The notes: generated by a model not told the origin, from the sequence alone. A stretch of DNA of 64,000 bases from Planctomycetota bacterium (GCA_029245865.1 JAQWOM010000055.1:73976-137975); one strand, 5' to 3'; counted from the first letter of the stretch, positions 9,886-19,923 are shown. Numbers and translations: made by a program.

Positions 9886-12410
9886 GGATTCTCCTCAGGA
9901 TCTCCGTCGGCTCCATCGTCCGCAGGCTCTGCCTGACCGTCGGGCAGCGCTTCTTCGGGGGCGTCCTCCTCGCCGTCTTCTTCTTCGGGAAGAATCCGGG
10001 CGACAGAGGCCACCCGATCGTCTTCCTTGAGCTTCAGAAGTCGAACCCCCTGAGTCGCACGCCCGATCTGTGAGATGCCATCCACAGGCGTTCGGACCAC
10101 CTGGCCCTTCGTCGTGATGTAGATGACATCGTCTTCATCCGACACCGCCCGGATCGCCACGACCGCACCGTTACGGCTGGTTGTCCGGATATTGATGACA
10201 CCCTGGCCTCCGCGGCCGCGCTGCGGGTATTCCGCGAAGGATGTCCGCTTCCCATAACCTTTTTCACTGACCGTGAGCAGCGAACATTCTTCTGAAACAA
10301 TCGCCATGCCACACACCTCGTCGTCGCCGAGGAGCTTGAGGCCGCGCACGCCACGCGAGGGCCTGCCCGTGGTACGAATCGCACTGACCTTGATGCGCAA
10401 GGCCTTGCCGGAGCGGGACCCGAGCACAATCTCGTCCGCATCTCCACAGACCGCGACGTCGATCAGCCGGTCTCCCTCATCGAGGCCAATGGCAATAATC
10501 CCGCCGGCCTTTGGCCGTCGGTAATCAGCCAAGGGCGTGCGCTTGACGATCCCCTTCGCCGTGCAAAAGAGCAGCGTGCCCTCGTCAAAGTTTCGAACAG
10601 GAATCACCGCTTGAATCGAGTCTTCTGGCAAGAAGCCCGGAAGCAGATTCACGGCAGCTCGGCCGACGGCTGAGCGACCCAGGTTCGGAATCCGATAAAC
10701 CTTCAACTGGTGCAGCTTGCCCGAACCCGTCAAAAACAGCAGCGAATCGTGTGTTTCTGCGAGGAACAGCTGCTCGACAAAATCGCCGTCCTTGCTGTCC
10801 GCCCCACGAACACCCGACCCTCCGCGCCTCTGACTGCGGTACTGGTCAAGACTCATGCGCTTGATGTAACCGTGGTTTGAAAGCGTCACGGCCACGGTTT
10901 CGTCGGTGATGAAGTCCTCGTCCTCGAAGCCCTCAACCGGCGGCCCGATCTCGGTCTGCCGGGGCGTTACAAACTGCCCTGCCAGCCTGTCCAGATCTTC
11001 AACAATCAATCCGTCGATCAGCTCCCTGTCCGCGAGCAGGCCCTCGTAATACGCAATCTTTTCTGAAAGCTCGCGCCACTCCGCCTCAAGCTTCTCGACT
11101 TCCAGGCCCGTCAAGGCCCGCAAGCGCATGTTCACGATCGCTTCGGACTGACGCTCTGAGAGTTCGAATGTCTCGCGCAACTGGGCCTGGGCCTGCCCCG
11201 TGTCATTTGCAGCGCGAATGATTCGAATGACCTCGTCGATGTTCGCTTGCGCGATGCGCAGGCCTTCGACGATGTGCTGACGGTCACGAGCCACCCCGAG
11301 CAGATATTCCGTCCGCCGGCGAATGACCTCGCGTCGGTGGTCCAGGAACAGCAGCCCGAGCTGGGAAAGAGGAAGCGTCTTGGGCCGATTCGCAACCAGC
11401 GCAATGTTGATGACCGAGACGGTCGTCTGCAGCTGGGTGAATTTGTAGAGCTGGTTCAGTGTGACGTGCGGATCCTCGCCCTTCTTCATCTCGATCAGGA
11501 CACGCATGCCATGCCGGTCGGACAGATCCGCAATGTCGTAAATCGAGTTGACTCGCTGATCCTTGACCAGCTGGGCCATCGATTCGATGAGACTCGACTT
11601 GTTGACCTGGTAAGGAATCTCGTCGATGACAATCCGCGCCCGCTTCTTGCCCTCCTCTTCCTCGCACTCCGCACGGCCACGCAAGGTGAGGGTGCCTCGG
11701 CCGGTTTCGTACGCACGCCGAACGCCGCTTTTTCCGCAAATAATCCCCCCGGTGGGAAAATCAGGGCCCGGCAGATGCTCCATCAGCTCTTCTGTTGTGG
11801 CCTCAGGCCGCTCGATGAGCAGCTTCAGCATCTCGAACACTTCGCGAGGGTTGTGCGGTGGCATGCTGGTGGCCATGCCCACGGCGATGCCATTGCTGCC
11901 ATTCACCAGCAGGTTCGGGAAGGCGGACGGCAGCACGGTGGGCTCGTTGCGCGAACCGTCGTAGTTCGGAACAAAGTCCACCGTCTCACGCTCGATATCA
12001 TCGAGCATGGCAGAGGCAGCTGATGTCATCCGCGCCTCGGTGTAACGCATGGCTGCCGGCGGATCCCCGTCGACGCTCCCGAAGTTACCCTGGCCATCCA
12101 CCAGCGGCACCCGCATGTTGAAAGGCTGGGCAAGCCGCACAAGCGTCGGGTAGACCACTCCTTCGCCATGCGGGTGATAGTTACCAGACGTGTCACCAGC
12201 AACCTTGGCGCACTTCTTGAACCTGGAGCGTGGACCTAGATTGAGGTCGTTCATCGCAACCAGGACGCGACGCTGACTCGGCTTCAAGCCGTCTCGAACG
12301 TCGGGAAGAGCGCGCGAAACAATGACGCTCATCGCATAGCTGAGATACGAATCCTTCATTTCCCGTTCGATGAGAACGGATGATTCGCGGGGGCTCGCGG
12401 TGTCGGTCAT
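9882..12410 (-). CDS. gyrA: DNA gyrase subunit A
   Basis: The N-terminus YAMSVIVSRALPDVRDGLKPSQRRVL and the active-site region AAMRYTE are present. The protein is 842 aa with a C-terminal beta-pinwheel region and an acidic tail. Confidence 0.97.
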   Translation of the reverse strand: MTDTASPRESSVLIEREMKDSYLSYAMSVIVSRALPDVRDGLKPSQRRVLVAMNDLNLGPRSRFKKCAKVAGDTSGNYHPHGEGVVYPTLVRLAQPFNMRVPLVDGQGNFGSVDGDPPAAMRYTEARMTSAASAMLDDIERETVDFVPNYDGSRNEPTVLPSAFPNLLVNGSNGIAVGMATSMPPHNPREVFEMLKLLIERPEATTEELMEHLPGPDFPTGGIICGKSGVRRAYETGRGTLTLRGRAECEEEEGKKRARIVIDEIPYQVNKSSLIESMAQLVKDQRVNSIYDIADLSDRHGMRVLIEMKKGEDPHVTLNQLYKFTQLQTTVSVINIALVANRPKTLPLSQLGLLFLDHRREVIRRRTEYLLGVARDRQHIVEGLRIAQANIDEVIRIIRAANDTGQAQAQLRETFELSERQSEAIVNMRLRALTGLEVEKLEAEWRELSEKIAYYEGLLADRELIDGLIVEDLDRLAGQFVTPRQTEIGPPVEGFEDEDFITDETVAVTLSNHGYIKRMSLDQYRSQRRGGSGVRGADSKDGDFVEQLFLAETHDSLLFLTGSGKLHQLKVYRIPNLGRSAVGRAAVNLLPGFLPEDSIQAVIPVRNFDEGTLLFCTAKGIVKRTPLADYRRPKAGGIIAIGLDEGDRLIDVAVCGDADEIVLGSRSGKALRIKVSAIRTTGRPSRGVRGLKLLGDDEVCGMAIVSEECSLLTVSEKGYGKRTSFAEYPQRGRGGQGVINIRTTSRNGAVVAIRAVSDEDDVIYITTKGQVVRTPVDGISQIGRATQGVRLLKLKEDDRVASVARILPEEEDGEEDAPEEALPDGQAEPADDGADGDPEENP

Positions 12411-12547
12411 GACCGGAATCCGGGGTGGGTGGCCTGCCCCTTGAGAACGCCTGAAACGGCCTAGCTAAGGGCAGTGCTATGATCCCCAATTCGGGCCTAT
12501 TTATCAATCCAGGGAATGCTGTCTAAGATCTTGTCACTTCGCGTCTT

Positions 12548-13492
12548 ATGCGCCACTACATGGTCCAGCCGAGGGGCCCTTGGCTACCCTCCCCGATTCG
12601 GACCATCATGCAGACGACGCCCACCAAGAGCCCTCTCATGGATCTCAACGACAAGGCTCTTCTGAAGCTCGTCCTGGAGCACAAGCCCGGCGCCTTCGAG
12701 GCGTTCCTGGAGCGCTATCGATCGCTGATGTTCTCGGTCCTCTACGGCAAGGGGTTCGGCTTCCCCCGCGATTACATCGAGGACATCTACCAGTCCCTGA
12801 TCCTCGCCTTGAGCCGCCGGGACTACCACCGGCTCCGCTCTTTCGAAGGCCGCAACAACTGCTCGGTGGCCACCTTCTTGCAGGTCGTCACCACCCGCTT
12901 TGCCCTGGACGAATTGCGCAAGTGGAAACGCCATCCGCGAGGTCGAGGGCAGGGCGGTGAAGAAGAACGGCTTGATCTTCAGATCGAAGCGCCTTCAGGC
13001 GCTGGGCCGCTCTCTGAGAGCCTCGGACAAGAAGAACTCGACCTCTTCCACAACCTGCTCTTCGCCTTGGACTGGAAACGCGTCTCGGTGGTCCTGTGGG
13101 TCTTTCGGGGCATTGCTCGCGAGAAGGTGGCCGAGACCATGGACACCTCACGGGCCAACATCGATGCCCTCTACAAGCGCGCCAAGGACCAGATGACCCA
13201 GCGCTTTGCCGACGGCGCCTATGCGAAACATCGCCGAGAGTCGGACCCTCAGGTGCTCAGCCCCCGAGTCCGCGAGCTTCTCAGGCCTCTCCTGGTTGTT
13301 CCCACAGGGGTCCTCCGGGAGGCTCTCTTGCAGCCGGCCAGCAAGCGTCGAGCGCTCCTTGGCCTGGTGCTTCTGGAATACCCTCATTTCCTCTGTTCTG
13401 CCGAAGAAATCCAGCGACTTGCCGAAAAGGAGCCCGGGCCAGAAGTGTGCGTCTCGGTGCTCGAAGAGCTCTCGGAGAGGGTCTTGAGCTGA
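12548..13492 (+). CDS. ECF-like sigma-70 family sigma factor with a C-terminal extension. The start may be the internal Met near 12608.
   Basis: It has a region 2-like block (EAFLERYRSLMFSVLYGKGF...DIYQSLILAL) and a region 4-like block (REKVAETMDTSRANIDALYKRAKDQM). A roughly 90-aa tail has no recognizable domain. Confidence 0.65.
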   Translation: MRHYMVQPRGPWLPSPIRTIMQTTPTKSPLMDLNDKALLKLVLEHKPGAFEAFLERYRSLMFSVLYGKGFGFPRDYIEDIYQSLILALSRRDYHRLRSFEGRNNCSVATFLQVVTTRFALDELRKWKRHPRGRGQGGEEERLDLQIEAPSGAGPLSESLGQEELDLFHNLLFALDWKRVSVVLWVFRGIAREKVAETMDTSRANIDALYKRAKDQMTQRFADGAYAKHRRESDPQVLSPRVRELLRPLLVVPTGVLREALLQPASKRRALLGLVLLEYPHFLCSAEEIQRLAEKEPGPEVCVSVLEELSERVLS

Positions 13493-13617
13493 TGCAGCCG
13501 GCCCTGAGATCCACAGAGAGCCCCTGCTGGGCACAGGCTTCGCTGTCAGAAAGCCCTTTTCGGGCCGTCAGGCGCCTGGACGAACTCTCCCTCGTCTGCT
13601 GACTGCGAGACCTCCTG

Positions 13618-14289
13618 ATGAACGACAACTCCTTGATCAACACCGCCTTCTCGACGTCCGGGGCAGGACCGCTTGCTGCGGACCCCGGGCCCGACTGCCT
13701 CTCCGAAGGCTTCTTCTCCGGTTACATCGACAAAAGCCTCACGGCAACGGAAATGCGCCATATCGAGGAGCATGCCCTGGTCTGCGCAGGTTGCCACGAA
13801 GTCTTGAAGGCCATGGTCGACTTGCGCGAGTTGCCGGCGCCCGCCCCTTCGCGCCTCTCGGTCGTCGCCCGTGTCGTCCAGCGAGGTCTCGAGGTGCTGA
13901 ACCCACTCGAGGTCAGCCTTCGCTCACTCACTGCTCCGGGCCCTGGCCCAGCCCTCGGTGCTGTCCGCGGTTCGCCCTCGGGCTTGCCCGAAGTCATTTC
14001 CATCGACGGGCCTGGACAAGGCCTTGATGAAGTCCAGATTCGCCTTCAGCCCGACGGCCAGATCCGACTCGAAGTTCGTGGCGACGACCCTCCTCCTGTG
14101 TACTCGGGCGAGATCGCCTCCGTCATCCTCGAAGTCGATGGCAAGCCACGAGAAAAGCGCCCCTTCAGCGGGGCTCCGCTCGCCTTCTCGCCTCAGGACC
14201 AGGGCTCTTACCGCATTCGGCTGCTGGCCCGCGCGCCAGGCGAAGAAGCCCGAGAGTTGAGCGAAACATTGATCGAGCTGCGCGCCTGA
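13618..14289 (+). CDS. Putative anti-sigma factor (zf-HC2 motif, no obvious TM helix)
   Basis: It has an HIEEHALVCAGCH zinc-finger-like motif and lies immediately downstream of the ECF-like sigma gene. Confidence 0.45.
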   Translation: MNDNSLINTAFSTSGAGPLAADPGPDCLSEGFFSGYIDKSLTATEMRHIEEHALVCAGCHEVLKAMVDLRELPAPAPSRLSVVARVVQRGLEVLNPLEVSLRSLTAPGPGPALGAVRGSPSGLPEVISIDGPGQGLDEVQIRLQPDGQIRLEVRGDDPPPVYSGEIASVILEVDGKPREKRPFSGAPLAFSPQDQGSYRIRLLARAPGEEARELSETLIELRA

Positions 14290-14347
14290 AGTTCGCCGCG
14301 CCTTGAAGCGGGCGGAAGCCGGCGCCCCGCTGACACGCTCCGGTCAG

Positions 14348-17050
14348 TCAGTGCCCGTGTTCTGTTTCTGCCCACGGTGCCCACTGGCGAGCGCGCTCGA
14401 GGGCAGCCTCGGCTTCGACAGTCTGGAGCCCTGCGCGCCGAACATGCGCCTCCAACGCAGCCAGTCTCCAGCTTTGCATTTGCTCGGCATGCACTGTCTG
14501 GAAGGCCTCGGCAAAGCGCGTGGCATCCCCTGAGCGAGCAAGCGGACCCAAAAGAGCAGCCAAGGCCTGATGAAGCAGTGGGTTTTCGGGGTCGCTCTCC
14601 GCGGCTCTCGCATACAAGGCAAGTTCGCGATCGAAGGCCGCCCAGTCCACGTCATCGAGAACTTCCACGAGCATCGCATTGCCCAGCGGATCCAGGTCAT
14701 AGACATAACGCCCGTGCGCAGCGAGACCCTCCGCCACAATCGAAAGATCCCGCGGAGGGGCATCACTCCCGGCAATCACGCGAGCTAGATTTCGTGACCC
14801 ATCCACCACGCCCAGGACTGCCTCCCAGCCTCGGCCGGTGAACGAGGAGGGCCAGCGAGGAGCTGCTCGGCTATGGGCAGAAGTCGAAGCTGCCAGTTGA
14901 GTCATGCCCTCTCCGTCCAGAAGGAGCATGGCCCCCAGGTCTTCCAGGCCCCACAGACGGGTCCGAAGCCCCGTCTCATCCGGCATCGGAAGACGCTCGA
15001 GCAGCTCCTGCGCCCGGGGCTGCCCCTCGTCATCGATCCAACCCAAAAGCAAAACATGGGGCGCTACCAGCTCTTTCATTTCGAGGAAGGCGGCACTGCG
15101 CTCTCCGAACACCCTCCCAAAGGCTGCCAGTCTCGATCGGAGGCTGGCGGCGTCCATCGAGGCCGTGTCGAGCCACAGCAAGCAACGCCCGCCAGGCGCA
15201 AGCAACTGGGCCGCTCGCTCCAACGACCCTTCTGTGGACACAATTCCGGCGCCCGGCCATTCGGCGCGCTCGGGAGCCATGACGACCATCGAATAGCTCT
15301 CGGTGAGCGCGTTGCGCAAGGCCGCCAGGGGATCGTCAGCGACATCCAGCCCAAGTCCTTGGGAGTTGATCATGGCGAACACAACGCGTTGATTGCGCAA
15401 GCCCAGAGGCAGTGCACTCGAGGTCTCCATCGATGTGGAGAGCCCCGCATCTAGAAGGTCCGCTGCCACAAACTCTGCGCCCACCCCTGTCACAAAAGAG
15501 CGGCCCGGCACGCCCAGCAATCGGTGCAGCCGGCCCAGACTCCCTTCCGGCCCCATCGGATTGTGCCCGGGGTGTGCCGCCACCCCGGCAAACCGAACGC
15601 CGAAGTATCGTTTGAGTTCCTCCGGATTCAGGTCTGCATCTCCGTCTTCGTCATCAAGAGAAGGCAGCAAGGGCGAGGGAAGAGGGTCTGTGTCAACTGC
15701 GTGATCGTGACCCTGGGCCCACGACTCCCCGCGCAGCTCAAGCACCTCTCCGAGTGGCTCACGATCACTGAATGTCGTCGTGTAAATCCTGCGAGCTTGC
15801 TGGGCGGAGACGTCTGGCCCCCCGCTCGAAAACACCTCGACATCTGCCGCCTGTTGTCGGTGCCAGGATTCGACGCCCAGTTCGCCCACGCGCCGAATGC
15901 CTTCGTAAGTCGCCACGCTCGATGGCGGAATGAGCGCGGCGGCTCCGAGCCCGGCGGGCACCGCGATCAAAGCCACTCGGCGCCAACCGGACAGCGCCGC
16001 GAGAGCCGCCACGCCGGCCGCACCGATCAGCAACTGCTGGGGCCCTTCCGCTGTCTCGGTCAGAATCCAGCTTTCCGCCGCCACGGCCAGCCCGAGTCCC
16101 AGGACAAACGGGGCGCAGGCTCTCTTGCCCAAACAACCCAACACCAAGCCGAAGCTCGCGGCTGGAAGCCCGCAGTACACAAGAAGCCAGGACCTCCACT
16201 CCGTCACCGGCCCGCCCCAGCGCGCGGCCATCTGCCGTATCTCCAGTTGGACGGCCACGTACTTCGAGCTGAACTTGTAGAGTTCCAGCGAACCTGCCAG
16301 CTTCCAGAGGGCAAAGCCGATCGCCAGAAATCCGACCGCTCGCAACAAGCGCCTACCAAGGGCCCCTGTTGCCAGCACAGAAGCCGGCCAAGCCACCACA
16401 AGCGCCGGAAGCAGCAACGCCAGGAGGACCTCCGACCCGGCGTGCGCGGGGGGAGTGGAATAGCCGGGGGCCACCCGCCTCAAGATGAGCCAGGCGATTC
16501 CCAACGCAAAGCCAAAGGGCATTGCTTCCCAGGGAGTGCCCTCTTTTTCGGAAGCGTCTGGCTCCGGCATCCGCTTGGCCAAGAATGCGAAAGCCACCGC
16601 AAAGAGCAATCCGCTCCAGAAACCCACAAGCACGGAGAGCGCCCCGGACATGACCGCCAGTTCGCCCAGGGCCCAGCCGGCAGCGAGGGCCAGGCTGCTG
16701 CCGCGCGTCAGCGTCGAGAGCATGCGGCCAGCGACGAATCCGACCGGAGCCAATGAAACCAAAGTCGTGAGAAACGCAGCCGAGTCACCGGGAATCAAAG
16801 CCCCCATGCTTTCGACAAGTGGTCCGCGCAGCGGCACCAACAGCGTCAATGCCAATCCATACGCGAGGACATGCACCTGGCCGCGAAGCAGCAGGCCCAG
16901 GCCCATCGAGAGTCCGAGGGTGGCCGGGGCTATCACCGTGACCGCCAAACCCTGATCCATCCGGCTCCCGTTCAGAAGCAGGTGCGAGAGCAACACAGCA
17001 AAGAAAGTGCCCAGGAGCGTGATCACGTTGTCGGTCCAGGCATCGGCCAC
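14348..17050 (-). CDS. Large polytopic membrane protein (about 900 aa) with a C-terminal soluble region resembling the spermidine-synthase-like fold. The start is uncertain.
   Basis: The N-terminal roughly 470 aa contain many predicted TM helices. The distal region (…VVFAMINSQGLGLD…GGRCLLWLDTASMD…) looks like the fused-membrane/spermidine-synthase family. The first-Met start overlaps dapF by 28 nt; an alternative Met lies near 16960. Confidence 0.5.
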   Translation of the reverse strand: MADAWTDNVITLLGTFFAVLLSHLLLNGSRMDQGLAVTVIAPATLGLSMGLGLLLRGQVHVLAYGLALTLLVPLRGPLVESMGALIPGDSAAFLTTLVSLAPVGFVAGRMLSTLTRGSSLALAAGWALGELAVMSGALSVLVGFWSGLLFAVAFAFLAKRMPEPDASEKEGTPWEAMPFGFALGIAWLILRRVAPGYSTPPAHAGSEVLLALLLPALVVAWPASVLATGALGRRLLRAVGFLAIGFALWKLAGSLELYKFSSKYVAVQLEIRQMAARWGGPVTEWRSWLLVYCGLPAASFGLVLGCLGKRACAPFVLGLGLAVAAESWILTETAEGPQQLLIGAAGVAALAALSGWRRVALIAVPAGLGAAALIPPSSVATYEGIRRVGELGVESWHRQQAADVEVFSSGGPDVSAQQARRIYTTTFSDREPLGEVLELRGESWAQGHDHAVDTDPLPSPLLPSLDDEDGDADLNPEELKRYFGVRFAGVAAHPGHNPMGPEGSLGRLHRLLGVPGRSFVTGVGAEFVAADLLDAGLSTSMETSSALPLGLRNQRVVFAMINSQGLGLDVADDPLAALRNALTESYSMVVMAPERAEWPGAGIVSTEGSLERAAQLLAPGGRCLLWLDTASMDAASLRSRLAAFGRVFGERSAAFLEMKELVAPHVLLLGWIDDEGQPRAQELLERLPMPDETGLRTRLWGLEDLGAMLLLDGEGMTQLAASTSAHSRAAPRWPSSFTGRGWEAVLGVVDGSRNLARVIAGSDAPPRDLSIVAEGLAAHGRYVYDLDPLGNAMLVEVLDDVDWAAFDRELALYARAAESDPENPLLHQALAALLGPLARSGDATRFAEAFQTVHAEQMQSWRLAALEAHVRRAGLQTVEAEAALERARQWAPWAETEHGH

Positions 17051-17895
17051 TCTCCGACGAAAACAAGGCGCGCGGGACCTGACAGCCAGGCCACCCCGGT
17101 CGATTCCAGGCGCACTCCGAGACTCCCGCCCGGCATATCGATGTTCACTTGAGTCCCCACCGGCTCACTTTTGATCCAACCCAGCGCGCACGCCACCGCA
17201 GCGACGGCAACGGCCCCCGTCCCGCAGGCCTGGGTTGCGCCCGAACCGCGCTCCCAGGGTCTGACAATCAACGAGTTGTCGCCGACAACCTGAACTCCGT
17301 GAATATTGGCTCCTTGGCCCAGGCGTGGCGAAGCCTGAAGCGCCGTCGCATGTCGAGCCAGGTCGAAAGTCTTCACCTCATCAACACGAAGGACCAGATG
17401 CGGGTTGCCGACAGAGACCGCATAGGCCCCGTCCACTCCGTTTTCGAGACCCGCCGGCAACGGATGCTTGGCAGGTCGCGTCCCGTTGCCGGGGAGGTCG
17501 CACGGAAGGGAGTCGGGCACAAAGCTTGGAATCCCCATGTCCACCTCGACAGAGCCCGCGGCCGCAAGGCGCGCCCGGCGAACCCCTGAAGCAGTCTGCA
17601 CATCGACTTCGGTGCCTTCGGCCCCCGAAAGCCGCCCTGTTTCGACCAGATAACGCACGACGCAACGCAAGCCGTTGCCGCACATCATCCCCTCGCTCCC
17701 GTCCGCATTAAAGATCCGCATGCGCACTGCGGACTCTTCTCCAGCGGGTCCAACCAGCAGCAATCCATCAGAGCCGACCCCACAGTGCCGGCTGGAAATT
17801 TGCCGGGAAAGCTCGGCCGGATCGTCGATCTCCCGATCGAACTCCTCGATCAGGACGTAGTCATTGCCGGCGCCTTCTACCTTGACGAATCGCAC
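17023..17895 (-). CDS. dapF: Diaminopimelate epimerase
   Basis: The N-terminus MRFVKVEGAGNDYVLI and the catalytic-Cys context MMCGNGLRCV are present. The protein is 290 aa. Confidence 0.9.
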   Translation of the reverse strand: MRFVKVEGAGNDYVLIEEFDREIDDPAELSRQISSRHCGVGSDGLLLVGPAGEESAVRMRIFNADGSEGMMCGNGLRCVVRYLVETGRLSGAEGTEVDVQTASGVRRARLAAAGSVEVDMGIPSFVPDSLPCDLPGNGTRPAKHPLPAGLENGVDGAYAVSVGNPHLVLRVDEVKTFDLARHATALQASPRLGQGANIHGVQVVGDNSLIVRPWERGSGATQACGTGAVAVAAVACALGWIKSEPVGTQVNIDMPGGSLGVRLESTGVAWLSGPARLVFVGEWPMPGPTT

Positions 17896-17952
17896 GGCAG
17901 ATCATCATAGCCGCCCATTCCCCGACCTTCATCAAGCCCGGGGAGTGGCGGC

Positions 17953-18813
17953 CTACGGCTGCCTCATCAGCAGTCGGTGAAGAGACCGTTCAAGATCGCG
18001 GTAGGGCTGGGAGAGCACCCGGTCGACCTGCTGCTTGCTCATTCCAAGCTGAGCGACCATGTATTCGCGCGCCTTGGGCTCCATGAGCCGCTTGGCGACA
18101 CCATAAAACTCTTCGTTGGAGGCCTCTGACAGCAACCGTTGCTCCTCGGCACTGAGACCCAGAACTGCTCCGGCCCGACCAAGAAAGCCTCGCAGCCGAC
18201 GAATCTCCAGCATCTCGTCGAGAACGTCCAGCGGAGCCAAATCTTCGAGCTCAACCGAGTCGTCACCGTCAGCGAATTCCGAATAGAGAAAGATCTCTTC
18301 CGCCTTCTGGATTTCCAGTGCGTTTCGCACGTAGTCATCCCAGGAGGACTCTTGTGCGGCTTCGCGCTGTTCGAGAGAGAGCCGGCCAGCTTCGACAAGG
18401 TTGTCAAGAAAACCGTCGATCCTGCGCTGCGTGCTGATGCGCAACTGCTGCAACATCTCACCCTCGCTACGAGCAAGGCCCTCTCCGAACTCGAGTCTCA
18501 ATCGCGACGTGACGCCCTCCAAGATGCCCTTGATCTCTTCGGTCGCTGGCATCCCTTGGCCGTTGAGGTTTCGTCGGGTGCGCAGCCGGTCAAGCGTGGC
18601 AAGACGGCGCATCAGTTCGAGTTGAACCGCCCGTGGCTCAGCATTCAGGTCAGTCCACTCCTTTCGCAAGCGCTCGCGCTCGTATTCCGGCAACGCCATC
18701 CATTGCAATCGGTTGCGGTTCTGCTGCTCGCGAGGCACCGAAGGCCACCGCAAGGCGCTGGTGGCTGCCATGAGCAACACGGCCAACACGAAGAGGCTCA
18801 CCAGCTGCTTCAT
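17953..18813 (-). CDS. Secreted or periplasmic coiled-coil hypothetical protein, downstream of an ECF sigma/anti-sigma pair
   Basis: It has a signal peptide (MKQLVSLFVLAVLLMAATSA) and Arg/Glu-rich helical content. Its start overlaps the anti-sigma stop by 4 nt. Confidence 0.45.
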   Translation of the reverse strand: MKQLVSLFVLAVLLMAATSALRWPSVPREQQNRNRLQWMALPEYERERLRKEWTDLNAEPRAVQLELMRRLATLDRLRTRRNLNGQGMPATEEIKGILEGVTSRLRLEFGEGLARSEGEMLQQLRISTQRRIDGFLDNLVEAGRLSLEQREAAQESSWDDYVRNALEIQKAEEIFLYSEFADGDDSVELEDLAPLDVLDEMLEIRRLRGFLGRAGAVLGLSAEEQRLLSEASNEEFYGVAKRLMEPKAREYMVAQLGMSKQQVDRVLSQPYRDLERSLHRLLMRQP

Positions 18814-19295
18814 CCTTCGTTGTCCAGTTCGCCGGAAAAGGCGCGGTGGATCTCAAGCTCCCCGCGTAGGTCGAGCTCTTCCCCGAAGAGTTCGACCATC
18901 TCCATGTCACGCAGAATGTGGAGATAGCGGACAACCTCTCGATCTGCCGCGGGGATCCCCTCCAGCGGTGAATCGCTTTTATAAATCCACTCCGTGACGG
19001 CGAGAACGACCAGCGCCGCAGCAGCAACCCCCGCGAGCATTCCCCATCGAATACGTTGCGGGCGGACTTGCCTGGCAGCCTGAGAGACACGCGCACGAAA
19101 CTCCGGAGAGCCCTCACAGCTCTCGGCTGTGTCCGAAAACGCCACGCCGAGTGCCTCCCAGAGAGCTTGATGTTCGGCGACGAACCTCCGCGCCTCGGGG
19201 CTCGAGGAGAGCAGCTGATCCAAATCCCCGGCGCGCTCTTCGGGGAGGGTCCCCTCGAGGTGCTCCTGCAGCAGTTTTTGCTCGAGGTCATTCAT
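18810..19295 (-). CDS. Membrane-anchored anti-sigma factor (start at the internal Met MNDLEQ)
   Basis: It has a TM helix (WGMLAGVAAAALVVLAV) and lies directly downstream of the ECF sigma gene. The first-Met start would overlap the sigma gene by 62 nt, so I chose the internal start. Confidence 0.45.
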   Translation of the reverse strand: MNDLEQKLLQEHLEGTLPEERAGDLDQLLSSSPEARRFVAEHQALWEALGVAFSDTAESCEGSPEFRARVSQAARQVRPQRIRWGMLAGVAAAALVVLAVTEWIYKSDSPLEGIPAADREVVRYLHILRDMEMVELFGEELDLRGELEIHRAFSGELDNEG

Positions 19296-19923
19296 CGGTT
19301 GTGTCTCGCCCTGGGGCACCCGCGTCGGCAGGTGGGAAAAACGAGTCATCCAGGATCGGCCGCAAGTGGTCGCGCAGGTTGTCGCGCGCTCTCCAGAGCA
19401 GTGATTTTACGGCCGAAAGGGACAGCCCCATGACGGTCGCGATGTCCTCGTATCCAAGCCCTTCGAATCGAGACATGATCAAGGCTTGGCGTTGCTTCTC
19501 GGGCAACATCTCCACGCCCTCTCGAACCAGCCTCGCCCGCTCTGAATCTTGAAGAGTTTCTAGCGGGCCTCGCTCTGCGTCATCCTCGATCTCGAAGGTT
19601 CCGTCGTTTTCTCCCTGAATCGGCGCGTCGAGCGACCAGGCGCGACGTCTGTTTCTGTACTGGGTGTGGTTGACGCAAAGATTGAAAATGATGCGGTAAA
19701 GAAACGTCTCAAAACGGGCCGTGGGCTGATAACGGGCGCGCGCACGAAACAGGCGCAGAAACACCTCTTGAGAAAGGTCGTCAACGGATGACCGGTCTCT
19801 GATGGATCGAGCCACGGCAGCTTTCACCTGGCGTTCGTAGAACTCGACGAGAGCTTCAAAGGCGCCTGGTTTATCTGCTGAAACGGCCAGCATGAGATCG
19901 CGTCCGTCGGGTGGCTCCGTCAA
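19288..19923 (-). CDS. ECF RNA polymerase sigma factor
   Basis: Region 2 (SQEVFLRLFRARARY...FETFLYRIIFNLCVNH) and region 4 (LPEKQRQALIMSRFEGLGYEDIATVMGLSLSAVKSLLWRAR) are both present. Confidence 0.9.
   Translation of the reverse strand: MTEPPDGRDLMLAVSADKPGAFEALVEFYERQVKAAVARSIRDRSSVDDLSQEVFLRLFRARARYQPTARFETFLYRIIFNLCVNHTQYRNRRRAWSLDAPIQGENDGTFEIEDDAERGPLETLQDSERARLVREGVEMLPEKQRQALIMSRFEGLGYEDIATVMGLSLSAVKSLLWRARDNLRDHLRPILDDSFFPPADAGAPGRDTTDE

Noticed and set aside
15524-16756. A 410-aa plus-strand ORF antisense to the 900-aa membrane protein. Similar long antisense ORFs are 11247-12023, 20192-20959, 23960-24823, 27827-28825, 30373-31449, 55721-56506 and 61178-61957.
   Set aside because: Each lies entirely inside a confidently identified gene on the opposite strand. 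Their translations are Arg/Pro/Ala-rich low-complexity sequence typical of stop-poor frames in high-GC DNA, and they contain no recognizable motifs.
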